A stretch of 64,000 nucleotides of DNA from Myxococcales bacterium (GCA_012798435.1 JAAZNF010000085.1:695-64694); one strand, 5' to 3'; positions 7,477 through 17,171 are shown, numbered from the stretch's first letter. Numbers and translations: made by a program. The notes: generated from the sequence alone by a model not told the origin.

Positions 7477-9374
7477 CAACCTCCTCTTCTCCGTGGGGCG
7501 TGCGCAACGCCCGCTGGGTGCTGTTCTTCTACCTTACGGGCTGGGCGCTCCTGTACGTGGGCGAGCGCCTGGTCGGTGGCGTCGGCAAGGGCCGCTGGGT
7601 GGTCTCGGGCCTGGCGGTCGTTCTGCTGCTCGCCGCCTGGCTGGCCTGGAAGCTCGCCTGGTGGTTCAGCCGGGACGAGCACCGGCGCATCCAGCGCACC
7701 ATCTTCTTCCTGTCGCTGGGCGGGTTCGCGGCGCTGGTGCTGTACGTCATCTCCTCCGATCTGGTGCTCGGGCCGGCCGCCCCGGCCAAGCCCGGCGAGG
7801 CGGGGGTGAGCGGGCGGCAGATCCTGCAGGTGGCCTGGTTGCTGCTGCTGGCGCTCTCCTCCGGGCCGCTGTTGTTCGCCCAGTGGAGCGCCTTCGGCGC
7901 CACCCGCTCGCAGTCACCGGACGCGCGGCGGGTCTTCTCCTCGGCCTGGTCGGGCGGGATCGTGACCACCTTGTTGTGCACCCTGTTCTTCGTCAACGCG
8001 CTCGCCAACCGGCTCGACGTGAACACCGACCTGAGCTACTTCAAGACCACCTCGCCCAGCGCGAGCACCCGCAGCCTGGTCGAGGGGCTCACCGAGGACA
8101 CCGCCGCCCTGCTGTTCTTCCCACCGGCCAACGACGTGCTCACCGAGGTCGAGGGATACTTCGGGTCGCTGGCCCGCTCCTCGTCGCGCCTCCAGGTCAA
8201 GGTGATCGACCGGGCCATGGCGCCGGAGGAGGTCTCGACCTACCGGGTGTCCCGAGACGGCACGGTGGTGCTGGCGCGCGGCGAGCAGCGCCAGACCATC
8301 GAGTTCGGGGTGGAGCTGGACTCGGCCAAGACCAAGCTCCGAAAGCTCGACAGCGAGGTGCAGACGGCGCTCTTGAAGCTCGAGCGCAAGCAGAGCACGG
8401 TGTACTGGGTCACCGGCCACGGCGAGCGCAGCGCGGAGCGGGTCGAGGGCGACGCGCGCGATCGCATGAGCCTGCTGAAGGGCGTGCTCTCCAACAACAA
8501 CCTGTTGGTGAAGCCGCTGGGCGCGGTGCAGGGGCTCTCCAGCGCCGTGCCCGACGACGCGGCCCTGGTGATGATGCTGGGGCCCACCACGGCGCTGTTC
8601 CCCGGCGAGGCCGAGGCCATCGAGCGCTACCTGGAGCGCGGCGGTCGGCTGCTGCTCACGCTGGACCCGGCAGCCAAGGCGCAGCCCGAGGCGCTGCTCT
8701 CCCGGCTCGGGTTGCGCTTCCGCCCCACGCTGCTGGCCAGCGACCAGGGGTTCCTGGTGGCCAGCCAGACTCAGGCCGATCGGCGCAACATCGTCACCGA
8801 CCAGTTCTCCGCCCACGCCGCCACGAACATGATCTCCCGCTACAGCCGGGAACTCCCGGTGGCCATGCCCGAGAGCGGCTCGCTGGAAAAGATCGGAGAA
8901 AGCAAAAAGCGCGTGGACTTCATCTGCCGCAGCCTGCCGGTGGTGTGGGCGGACGCCGATGGCGATCTCTCGCCCGGCCCGGACGAGAAGCGGCAGATGT
9001 TCCAGCTGGCGGCTGCCCTGAGCGCGCCGGTGGAGGGCGAGGCCGCGCCGCCACCCGAGAAGACCCCCCCCGCTGCAGCGCCGCCCAAGAGGGAGATGCG
9101 CGCGGTGGTCCTGGCCAACTCCGCCGCCTTCGGCGACACCTTCCTGCCCTTCTACGGCAACCGCTTCTTCATGGCCGACGTGTTGCGCTGGCTGGTGGGC
9201 GAGGGCGAGGTGGCCGGGCCGCCCGCCAATGAGGAAGACGTGCGGGTGCAGCACACCCGGGGGCAGGAGATCTTCTGGTTCTACGGGACCGTGTTCGCCG
9301 TCCCGGTCATCATCCTGGGCGTGGGCTTCGCCACCCGCTTCGGGCGGGGACGGAACCGGAGGGCCGCGTCATGA
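7467..9374 (+). CDS. gldG: GldG-like ABC-transporter-associated auxiliary protein
   Basis: N-terminal TM helices, a large extracytoplasmic domain and a C-terminal TM, the GldG topology. It follows the GldA/GldF-like genes, overlapping the permease gene by 10 nt. Confidence 0.65.
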   Translation: MALATSSSPWGVRNARWVLFFYLTGWALLYVGERLVGGVGKGRWVVSGLAVVLLLAAWLAWKLAWWFSRDEHRRIQRTIFFLSLGGFAALVLYVISSDLVLGPAAPAKPGEAGVSGRQILQVAWLLLLALSSGPLLFAQWSAFGATRSQSPDARRVFSSAWSGGIVTTLLCTLFFVNALANRLDVNTDLSYFKTTSPSASTRSLVEGLTEDTAALLFFPPANDVLTEVEGYFGSLARSSSRLQVKVIDRAMAPEEVSTYRVSRDGTVVLARGEQRQTIEFGVELDSAKTKLRKLDSEVQTALLKLERKQSTVYWVTGHGERSAERVEGDARDRMSLLKGVLSNNNLLVKPLGAVQGLSSAVPDDAALVMMLGPTTALFPGEAEAIERYLERGGRLLLTLDPAAKAQPEALLSRLGLRFRPTLLASDQGFLVASQTQADRRNIVTDQFSAHAATNMISRYSRELPVAMPESGSLEKIGESKKRVDFICRSLPVVWADADGDLSPGPDEKRQMFQLAAALSAPVEGEAAPPPEKTPPAAAPPKREMRAVVLANSAAFGDTFLPFYGNRFFMADVLRWLVGEGEVAGPPANEEDVRVQHTRGQEIFWFYGTVFAVPVIILGVGFATRFGRGRNRRAAS

Positions 9375-10585
9375 AGCCCCACAAGGTTTTCGGCGTTCAC
9401 CTGATGGTGCTGGCGGCGGCCACCGTGGCGACCTGGTGGGCCTTCCAGCGGCCCCAGCGCCCTCCCACGGGGGGTCAGCTGGTGCTGGACATCAGCCGTG
9501 CCCAGCTCTCCAAGATCGCCTTCGAGGCGCCTGACCACGGCAGCGAGGCCACCGCCCGGCCCGGCGGCGGTTTCGACCTCGTCGTCAGCGAACAGAAGAA
9601 ACGGCCGGCCCCGCCGCCCACTCCTTCCGTTGACGGAGGGCCGGTGGACGGGGGGATGCCCGACGGCGCGGCGGCGGACGGCGGCCTGGCCGGGACGAGC
9701 CCGGACGCGGGGACGGCGGCGCCGGATGGCGGCCCCGCCGCGGTTGGAGCGGCCGAGCCGGCGAAAGCGGAAACGGTGGTGAACCGCTACCGCGCGAGCG
9801 AGGATTACGAGCGGGCGCTGGAGCGCTTGTTCCCGCTGCGGGCGGAGCGCGACCTGGGCACGCCCGAGCACGACAAGATCGTCTCCTTCGGCCTGGACCG
9901 GCCCGAGCGGCGCCTGCGCTTCTCCACCGCGCGCGCAAATTATGTCCTGGAACTCGGAAGCGACAGCTTCGGCGGCGCCTCCACCTACGTGCGGCTCTCG
10001 CCGGGCGGACGAGTGTTGCTGGTCTCCTCGGCCAACCTGCGCGCCCTGGACGTCCAGGGCACCCGCTACCTGGAACGCCGGCTCACTCCACTCAAGGAGC
10101 GGGACGTGGATCGGTTGGTGGTGACACGGGGCAGCCTGGCGCGCGAGCTGGTTCACCAGGACAAGGGCAAGCCGGACGCGGAGGCCTGGGTGCCGGGCGA
10201 TCGGCCCGACCTGCGCGACGAGCGTTTCCGCGCCTGGGTGGGAAAGTTCTTCCGCCTGTCCGCCCTGGAGTACCTGGACGACAAGGATGTGCCTCCTTCG
10301 CAGAGCGTGGCCCGGGTGCTGCTCCAGGCGGGACCGGAGGGCCGGGATGGCCAGGAGGACATCGAGATCGCCAAAGCCGACGTCGACAACGCCGCCGGCA
10401 AACGCGACTATTTCGCCCGCTCGGCCTTCACCGGCGGATGGGTGAAACTGGAGCGTTTCGGCGCCGAGGGCGTCGTCAACGACATGGCCGGCATCGTGGG
10501 GGACGAGGGCGGGGAAGACAAGCCCGCCGAGCCACCGCCGGCCTCGCCGGGATCGCAGCCCAACCCCGACGCTGGGGCGCGGTAG
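9371..10585 (+). CDS. DUF4340-like periplasmic protein, the usual GldG partner
   Basis: N-terminal signal anchor, ATGA overlap with the gldG-like gene, about 400 aa, and the position and size typical of DUF4340 proteins that follow GldG. Confidence 0.5.
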   Translation: MKPHKVFGVHLMVLAAATVATWWAFQRPQRPPTGGQLVLDISRAQLSKIAFEAPDHGSEATARPGGGFDLVVSEQKKRPAPPPTPSVDGGPVDGGMPDGAAADGGLAGTSPDAGTAAPDGGPAAVGAAEPAKAETVVNRYRASEDYERALERLFPLRAERDLGTPEHDKIVSFGLDRPERRLRFSTARANYVLELGSDSFGGASTYVRLSPGGRVLLVSSANLRALDVQGTRYLERRLTPLKERDVDRLVVTRGSLARELVHQDKGKPDAEAWVPGDRPDLRDERFRAWVGKFFRLSALEYLDDKDVPPSQSVARVLLQAGPEGRDGQEDIEIAKADVDNAAGKRDYFARSAFTGGWVKLERFGAEGVVNDMAGIVGDEGGEDKPAEPPPASPGSQPNPDAGAR

Positions 10586-10617
10586 CAACGCTGCGGTCCC
10601 TGGAACAGGGACCTTCC

Positions 10618-12069
10618 ATGTCTCCCGCCTCCTCATCGGTGATCCGTTGTAGCGTGCACCCCGACGCGCGCGCCGCCTGGGAGTGTAGCGGCTGCGGCGC
10701 CCAGTTGTGCCCCCGCTGCGCCGCCGACGACATGATCCAGCGCCTGTCGGTGGTGCGCTGTTTGAACTGCGGCGCGGTGGCGCAGCCGCTCAAAGTGCGA
10801 AAGGAAATCAAGTCTTTCCTTGCCATGATCCCGGATTTCCTGCTGGCCATCTTCTCGGGGCGGGGCCTGCTGCACGTGGCCGTGCTCGGCCTGCTGTTGA
10901 CCCTGAGCGGGTTCTTGGCCGTCATTCCGCTGCTGGGGTGGCTGGCCGCACTGGCGGCCTACTTCGGGATGTACGCCACCTACTACTTCTTGGTCATCCG
11001 CGAGGCGGTGGCCGGCAACCCCCAGCCGCCGCCCGCCACCCACTTCACCGACAACGCCGTGGACGTGCTCCTGTGCGCGGTGCGGTTCCTCCTCGGGGCG
11101 GCCGTGGTGTGGGTGCCCGCCATCATCTACCTGTGGGGCCCCCGCATGGTGGCGCTGGCGGCCGACCCCATGAGCGCGCTGTCGGATCCGGTGCTGCTTC
11201 TCATCGCCGGCCTCGGCCTGCTGTACTTTCCCGCGGCCATGATCACCGCCGCCACCACCGAGTCCACCATCGCCATGTTCAACCCGCTGATGATCCTGGG
11301 CATCATCATGCGCATCCCCAGGCAGTACGTCGGCGCGGCGCTCTTGTGGGGGATCCTGTTCGTGGGCCGCTTCTTCCTGCGGGCGAAGTTGTACGCCGCC
11401 CTGATGCCGGCGTTTTCGGTCACGGGCATGATCGGAAAGATGTGGCTTACCGAGTCGGTGTGCCTGACCCTGCCGGTGCTCAGCGCCTTCATCCTGGGCT
11501 GGGTCATTTACCAGAACGGCGAGGTGCTGGGAGTGCTCACCCAGAGCGATCTGTGGACGCTGGCGCAGCCCAACGCCCGGCCCGCCGGGGTGCTGCCGCC
11601 GGGGGGCTTTCCCAAGGGCCGCGGTCGGCCGGCCCCGGCGGCGACCAGCGTGGCGGCCCCGGCGGTCGCGGTCGCGCCCCAGGCCGCCAGCGCTCCAACT
11701 CAGGAGCTGCGGCAAGCGCTGGCAGGCGCGCCGGACCAGGCCCTCGCGGTGTACCAGCGTCTCGCCCAGGCCGGGCTCTCCCCCGAGCTGGAGCCGGCCG
11801 AGGAACTCAAGCTGGCCGCCCTGCTGGATCGGGCCGGCGACGCGCGCGGCGCGGTGCTGGCCTGCCGCCGGGCCGCCAAGCGCGAACCGACGGGGCCGCT
11901 GGCGCCGCGGGCGCTGTTCACCGCCGCCCGCCTGCTGGCCGAGCGCATGAAGAAGCCCGCCGACGCCGAGGCCATGTTCCAGTACCTCGTCAAGACCTTC
12001 CCCACCCACGAGCTCGCAGACAAGGCGCGGCAGTTCCTCTCCCAGCTCGGCGCACAGCCGCCGGTCTGA
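10618..12069 (+). CDS. Membrane protein with N-terminal zinc ribbon (CxxC..CxxC..CxxC), about 8 TM helices and a C-terminal TPR-like region
   Basis: CSVHPDARAAWECSGCGAQLCPRCAADDMIQRLSVVRCLNCGA, then a polytopic core, then helical repeats at the C-terminus. Start chosen at MSPASS (10618). Confidence 0.5.
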   Translation: MSPASSSVIRCSVHPDARAAWECSGCGAQLCPRCAADDMIQRLSVVRCLNCGAVAQPLKVRKEIKSFLAMIPDFLLAIFSGRGLLHVAVLGLLLTLSGFLAVIPLLGWLAALAAYFGMYATYYFLVIREAVAGNPQPPPATHFTDNAVDVLLCAVRFLLGAAVVWVPAIIYLWGPRMVALAADPMSALSDPVLLLIAGLGLLYFPAAMITAATTESTIAMFNPLMILGIIMRIPRQYVGAALLWGILFVGRFFLRAKLYAALMPAFSVTGMIGKMWLTESVCLTLPVLSAFILGWVIYQNGEVLGVLTQSDLWTLAQPNARPAGVLPPGGFPKGRGRPAPAATSVAAPAVAVAPQAASAPTQELRQALAGAPDQALAVYQRLAQAGLSPELEPAEELKLAALLDRAGDARGAVLACRRAAKREPTGPLAPRALFTAARLLAERMKKPADAEAMFQYLVKTFPTHELADKARQFLSQLGAQPPV

Positions 12070-12129
12070 GTGCGTTCGATTGGTCGTTTTCTTGATATTT
12101 TTCGCGCTTTTCGATAACCCACACTAGGA

Positions 12130-13551
12130 ATGGAGGTGGCGGTGGCCGATCTGCGGAAGCGGTTGCAGCGCCTGCCGTCCGTGGATGCGGTGCTGCGCCA
12201 ACCCGAGGTGGCCCGGCTGCTCGCCGAGCATCCGCGCGGCCAGGTGGTCGCGGCCGTGCGGCGGGTGTTGGCGGAGCGGCGCCGGCTCCTGCGAGAGCGG
12301 GGCGGGAAAGAGGATGATGCCAAGATCGCGGTGCCGGCATCCGAGGTGCGCGCCGCGCTGGCGGAGGCCATCCGGGCGCGGCTGCGACCGGTGATCAATG
12401 CCACCGGTGTGGTGCTGCACACCAACCTGGGGCGCAGCCCGCTCCCCGCCCGGGTGGTGGAACACCTCGCGCGCCTGGCGGGCGGCTTCTGCAACCTCGA
12501 GCTCGACCTCTCCGACGGCGAGCGGGGCGAGCGTCAGGCGGCGGTGCAGGATCTGCTCTGCGAGCTGTCCGGGGCCGGCGGTGCCCTGGTGGTCAACAAC
12601 AACGCCGCGGCGGTGTTCCTCATGTTGCGGGTGCTCGCCGCCAACCGGGAAGCCATCGTTTCGCGCGGTCAGCAGGTGGAGATCGGTGGCTCGTTCCGCG
12701 TCCCGGACGTGATGCGGGCCTCGGGCGCGCGCATGGTCGAGGTGGGCACCACCAACAAGACGCACCTTTATGACTACGAGCGCGCCATCGGGCCGGACAC
12801 GGCGCTCATCCTGTCGGTGCACCGCTCCAACTTCGCGCTCGTCGGCTTCACCGAGGAGCCGGCGCTGGAGGCCCTGGCCGCGCTGGCCCGCTCCCGCGGG
12901 CTCCCCTTGCTGCTCGATCTGGGAACGGCCACCTTGCTGGACCCGGTGCCGCCCGAACTCCCGGGCGCGCCGGCGCCGCAACCGGCGCTGCGTACCGGAG
13001 TGTCGCTGGTGTGTTTCTCCGGGGACAAGCTCTTGGGCGGGCCGCAATGTGGCATCTTGCTGGGGGATCCCGGGCTGGTGACCGCCCTGGCGCGCGATCC
13101 CATGGCGCGGGCGCTGCGGGTGGGCCGGCTGACGCTGGCGGCCCTGGAGGCCACCCTGCGGCTCTACCAGGATCCGGCGGCGGCCCGCCGCGAGATCCCG
13201 GTGCTGCGCATGCTGCTCGCTTCATCGGCGGAGCTCAAACGGCGGGCCCGCGCCCTGCAACGAAGGTTGCGCCGCCTGGCCGGCATCGAGAGCGAGCTGG
13301 TGCCGACCGTGGGTCAGGTCGGCGGGGGCTCGTTGCCCGAGCTCTCCCTGCCCGGCTACGGGGTGGCGCTCCGACCGGCGGGCTTTTCCGCCCAGACGCT
13401 GGCCCAATGGCTGCGGCAGGGCGAGCCGGCGGTGCTGGGAAGGCTGCACCAGGAGCGACTGGTGCTGGACGTTCGGACCCTGATCGACGACTCGGAGATC
13501 GGGGTCCTGGCGCAGGCGGTGGCCACCGCGCTGCTGCACCGATCGAGGTGA
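12130..13551 (+). CDS. selA: L-seryl-tRNA(Sec) selenium transferase (selenocysteine synthase)
   Basis: N-terminal LPSVDAVLRQPEVARLL, the INATGVVLHTNLGRS motif, and the PLP-lysine region FSGDKLLGGPQCGILLG. Length 473 aa. Confidence 0.85.
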   Translation: MEVAVADLRKRLQRLPSVDAVLRQPEVARLLAEHPRGQVVAAVRRVLAERRRLLRERGGKEDDAKIAVPASEVRAALAEAIRARLRPVINATGVVLHTNLGRSPLPARVVEHLARLAGGFCNLELDLSDGERGERQAAVQDLLCELSGAGGALVVNNNAAAVFLMLRVLAANREAIVSRGQQVEIGGSFRVPDVMRASGARMVEVGTTNKTHLYDYERAIGPDTALILSVHRSNFALVGFTEEPALEALAALARSRGLPLLLDLGTATLLDPVPPELPGAPAPQPALRTGVSLVCFSGDKLLGGPQCGILLGDPGLVTALARDPMARALRVGRLTLAALEATLRLYQDPAAARREIPVLRMLLASSAELKRRARALQRRLRRLAGIESELVPTVGQVGGGSLPELSLPGYGVALRPAGFSAQTLAQWLRQGEPAVLGRLHQERLVLDVRTLIDDSEIGVLAQAVATALLHRSR

Positions 13552-13555
13552 GGGC

Positions 13556-14545
13556 GTGAGCGATCAGCAGATGCCTCTCCAGTTCTCCCGCACCAGCCAG
13601 GGCGCCCGCGAGGCGCGGGTGCTGGCGGTGGGCGGCGGAAAGGGGGGCATCGGCAAGACCCTGCTGACCGCCAACCTGGGCATCTGCTTCGCGCGCAGCG
13701 GCATGAAGGTGGTCTTGGTGGACGCCGATCTGGGAGGCTCCAACCTGCACACCTGCCTGGGCATCGAGTTCCCGGGGGTGTCGCTGGGCGACTTCGTGCA
13801 GCGTCGGGTGGAGCGCATGCAGGACGTGATCGTGGACACCGGGGTGGACGGGTTGAGCCTCATCTCCGGGGCGCAGGACTTTCTGGGATCAGCGAACATC
13901 AAGTACACCCAGAAGATGCGCCTGCTGCGCCAGGTGTGCCGGCTGGACACCGATCTGGTGCTCATGGACCTCGGCTCGGGGACCTCCTTCAACGTGCTGG
14001 ATTTCTTCCTGGTGTCGGACCTGGGCCTGGTCATGATGGTGCCCGAGCCCACCTCGCTGGAGAACAGCTACCGTTTCATCAAGAGCGCCTTCTACCGCCT
14101 GCTGCGCCACCGGGAGAAGAACCAGGCCCTGCGGCGGGTGATCGAGGAGGCGATGGAGATCCGCAACCCGCGGGAGATCCGCACCCCCTACGACCTCATC
14201 CGCGTGGTGTCGCAGCTGGACCCGACCCGCGGGGCACAGTATCTACAGTGGCTGCAGGAGTTCCGGCCGCTGCTGGTCATCAACCAGGTGCGCAACGATG
14301 AGGATCGGGATCTGGGCCAGGCGGTGCGGCTGGCCTGCCGCAAGTACTTCGGGATCGATCTCGACTACCTGGGTCACATCGCGTACGATGACGCGGTGTG
14401 GAAGGCGGTGCGCCGCCGCGCGCCGTTGCTGGAGGCGTCGGACGTGGAGTCGGAGCTGGGGCGCAGCCTGTGGACACTGGCCCGGGAGGTCGGCCGACGC
14501 CTGGCCGCCGCCCCCGGCCGGCGTCGCTGGGAAGTCGCGGAATGA
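13556..14545 (+). CDS. MinD/ParA-family P-loop ATPase with deviant Walker A
   Basis: GGGKGGIGKT deviant Walker A, VLVDADLGGSNL, and the MinD/FlhG-like fold signature LVMMVPEPTSLENSYRFIKS. The start may be GTG at 13556 or ATG at 13571. Confidence 0.75.
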   Translation: MSDQQMPLQFSRTSQGAREARVLAVGGGKGGIGKTLLTANLGICFARSGMKVVLVDADLGGSNLHTCLGIEFPGVSLGDFVQRRVERMQDVIVDTGVDGLSLISGAQDFLGSANIKYTQKMRLLRQVCRLDTDLVLMDLGSGTSFNVLDFFLVSDLGLVMMVPEPTSLENSYRFIKSAFYRLLRHREKNQALRRVIEEAMEIRNPREIRTPYDLIRVVSQLDPTRGAQYLQWLQEFRPLLVINQVRNDEDRDLGQAVRLACRKYFGIDLDYLGHIAYDDAVWKAVRRRAPLLEASDVESELGRSLWTLAREVGRRLAAAPGRRRWEVAE

Positions 14546-15333
14546 AGGACTTTCGCGAGCAAGACTTCTACGAGCTTCTGGAGCTCCACCCGCGGGCTAC
14601 CGCCGAAGAGGTGGAGGAGCGCTACCAGACCGCGCGCCGTTTCCTGAGCCCGGACTCGGTGGCCACCTATGCCCTGTTCCAGGGCGAGGAGCTGGAGCTG
14701 ATCCGGCGGCGCATCGAGGAGGCCTACCGAGTGCTCAGCCAGCCGGAGCGGCGCCAGGCCTACGATCAGGACCTGGATCGAGTCCGCGGGGGCTTTCCGC
14801 CACCCGAGGACAAGCGGCCGCAGGACGCGCCCGCGCCCGCCATCTCGGAGCCCGCGGTGTCCAGTGCGGCCCCGGCCAGCGGCCCCGCCGTGGTCGACGC
14901 GGCCTTGTCTGGATGCGCGTCTGAACCACAGGGGGGTACCGGCGTTGGTAGCGCCCCGCCACCGGCCCCGACCCCTCCGGCGCCCTCCCTGGCGCCGGCC
15001 GAGGAGGCCCCGTCTCCGCCCGCCGCGGCCTCCCCGAAGCCTTCGAGCGAATCGTCGCTCCCACCCCCTCCCGACATCGGCGAGGACACCGTGTTCTCCG
15101 GCGAGATCTTGCGGCGGCTGCGGGAATCACGCGGCCTCTCGCTCGACAAGGTGAGCGAGCTCACCAAGATCAACATCTTCTACCTGCGGGCCATCGAGAA
15201 CGACACCTTCGCCAACTTCCCCGCCGAGGTGTACGTGCGCGGGTATTTGCGGCTCCTGGCCGGCGTGTACCGCCTGCCGGCCGAGCGCTTGATCGGCAGC
15301 TACCTCTCCCGCGTCCCCCGCGCCAAGGACTGA
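14542..15333 (+). CDS. Degenerate J-domain (HPD changed to SPD) plus Pro/Ala-rich linker plus RodZ-like HTH (HTH_25/XRE-type) protein
   Basis: DFYELLELHPRATAEEVEERYQTARRFLSPD...EEAYRVLSQPERRQAYDQ resembles a DnaJ J-domain but lacks HPD. The C-terminus GEILRRLRESRGLSLDKVSELTKINIFYLRAIENDTFANFPAEVYVRGYLR resembles the RodZ N-terminal HTH. ATGA overlap with the preceding ATPase gene. Confidence 0.5.
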   Translation: MKDFREQDFYELLELHPRATAEEVEERYQTARRFLSPDSVATYALFQGEELELIRRRIEEAYRVLSQPERRQAYDQDLDRVRGGFPPPEDKRPQDAPAPAISEPAVSSAAPASGPAVVDAALSGCASEPQGGTGVGSAPPPAPTPPAPSLAPAEEAPSPPAAASPKPSSESSLPPPPDIGEDTVFSGEILRRLRESRGLSLDKVSELTKINIFYLRAIENDTFANFPAEVYVRGYLRLLAGVYRLPAERLIGSYLSRVPRAKD

Positions 15334-15497
15334 ATCAGCCGCGGCCGCATGGATTGGCAACGCAGTCAGTTCGGTCCGTCCCCAGGGGGTGCGGCAGATC
15401 TTGGGGTGTCTGGGATTTTTCGACACCCTGCAACTCCCCGTCACCAGCGTGGTCGCCGTGTTTTCCTCGGAGCGTCGCGCCAAGGAGTGGTGGTGGC

Positions 15498-17168
15498 CTA
15501 CGGTACGCACAAGGCTGCGGTGAGCTCGCCGAGCTGCGGTAGCTGCTCCAGCCGATCGACCAGGTCCAGGGCGCGCTCCACGCCGTGGGCCTTGAGGAAG
15601 GGCTCGGCCTGCTCGCGGAACTTCCGGCGCACTTGGCCGGCGGTTTCGGCCTCGTCCCGGCCGGCCGCGCCCGCCGGGACATCGACCTGCGCGGTCAGCC
15701 GCAACCCACCGCGCAGGCGCAGTTCGAGCCGCGCGGCCAGGGGCAGCCGCAGGCGGGCCAGATCGGCGTCTTTGAGGTCGAACGGGTGGGGTGCCTCCGC
15801 TCCGAAAGCCTGTCCCAGCTCCTTGGCCAGCCAGCGCCCGGCGCCGCCGGCGATGCGCGCGCCGCGGCGCAGCAGCAACCGGATCAGCCGCTGGACCTCG
15901 CCTGGGCGCAGCGCCGGCAAACCGCCCAGGTCGCGACCCAGTCCGCGCGCCCGACTCAAGAGACCCGCCAGGTCGCGAGCCGAAAACAGCGCACCGAGGG
16001 GAAGCTGCTCGAGCAGGCTCTCCAATAGCGCCGCGGTGAGCTCCCAGTCGTGCAGGACGCGGATGCGCTCCGAAAGCGGTCGCAGCTCCTGTTCGCTGCG
16101 GGAGAGCTCCGCCTCGTCGTGCAGCGCGTGTGGCGTGAGCGCCCCGTCCCGGATGGCCAACGCCAGCGACCAGGGGATCGAGAAGTTGACCCGGACCGCG
16201 GTGAGACGCTCCGGCGGCGAGCGCGTCGCCAGGCGCTCCATTCCGATCGAGAGCAGGGTGCAGAACACCCGCAGCTCCTCCACGTCCGCCGGCTGCAGCG
16301 AACGGCGGTGGCGCTCGGCGAACTGCGCGCGCAGGTCCGCCAGCGCGTCCAGCGCGGCGCTGAGGTAGGCGCAACCCGGGTGGAGCTTGAAACTGAGCGT
16401 GTCGCTCACCCAGGACTGGCCCAGCCCCGAGAACATCTGCGGCAAGAAGCGGAAGGCGAAGTGCGGGGCGAACCCGTCCGGGCGGTCGAGGACGTCGAGC
16501 GGGCCGGTGATGCCCCAGCCGGCCAGCCGCGAGGCGAACAGACCGTCCCGCGCCGGCATGGCCGCCGACAAGAGCTTGCTGTCCGGCCCCATGAAGCCGG
16601 GCCAGGTGGCGAAGGGCGGCTGGTACAACGCCAGCGCCAGCGCGTGGGCGTGCTGCTCGGCCGAGAGCTCGAGCAGGCGGGCGCCGGCGCAGGCCGCCCC
16701 CAGCGCGTGCAGGTGGGTCCACAGCTGGCCGTTCTGCGGGCCGACGAACACCGCCGCGCCCATCCGCCCGCCGATCTCGTTGGCAGCCACCTGGGCGGTG
16801 AGCAGCTCACGGCCGGAGAGCCCGAGCTCCTCCGCCATGGCGAGCGCGGCCAACACGGCCGAGTGCCCGGTGTGCCCGAGGAACAGGTAGTCGTCGAAGT
16901 CCAGCGCCATGGAGGCGGCGGCGTTGGCCACCACCGCCACGGTGGGAGAGGTGGCGTCGTGCTGCGGAAAAACGGTGGCCCGGCCATGGGAGCGGGTGGA
17001 GAGGGCCACCTCGCGGATGGCCCGCACCGCCCGCGTGGGGTGCCCGGCGTACACCGCGGCCAGCACCGAGAGGAACTGCAGTTTGGCCTTGGCCACCACC
17101 CGGGGCGGTATGTCCTCGAAGCGGAGCGCGGCGGCCCACTCGGCCAGGCGCTGGAGGGTGGTGGGCAT
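15498..17168 (-). CDS. MmgE/PrpD family protein (2-methylcitrate dehydratase-like)
   Basis: 556 aa with the overall PrpD-family two-domain organisation and Ala/Leu-rich helices; family-level call only. Confidence 0.55.
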   Translation of the reverse strand: MPTTLQRLAEWAAALRFEDIPPRVVAKAKLQFLSVLAAVYAGHPTRAVRAIREVALSTRSHGRATVFPQHDATSPTVAVVANAAASMALDFDDYLFLGHTGHSAVLAALAMAEELGLSGRELLTAQVAANEIGGRMGAAVFVGPQNGQLWTHLHALGAACAGARLLELSAEQHAHALALALYQPPFATWPGFMGPDSKLLSAAMPARDGLFASRLAGWGITGPLDVLDRPDGFAPHFAFRFLPQMFSGLGQSWVSDTLSFKLHPGCAYLSAALDALADLRAQFAERHRRSLQPADVEELRVFCTLLSIGMERLATRSPPERLTAVRVNFSIPWSLALAIRDGALTPHALHDEAELSRSEQELRPLSERIRVLHDWELTAALLESLLEQLPLGALFSARDLAGLLSRARGLGRDLGGLPALRPGEVQRLIRLLLRRGARIAGGAGRWLAKELGQAFGAEAPHPFDLKDADLARLRLPLAARLELRLRGGLRLTAQVDVPAGAAGRDEAETAGQVRRKFREQAEPFLKAHGVERALDLVDRLEQLPQLGELTAALCVP

Positions 17169-17171
17169 GGC

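Noticed and set aside
7493-12095. Many long GC-artefact ORFs overlapping gldG, DUF4340 and the zinc-ribbon membrane gene (7493..9232 +, 7914..9254 -, 9281..10636 -, 10633..12009 -, 10707..12095 +)
   Set aside because: Compositionally biased (R/G/A/P) translations without recognisable domains, each fully overlapping a better-supported ORF.
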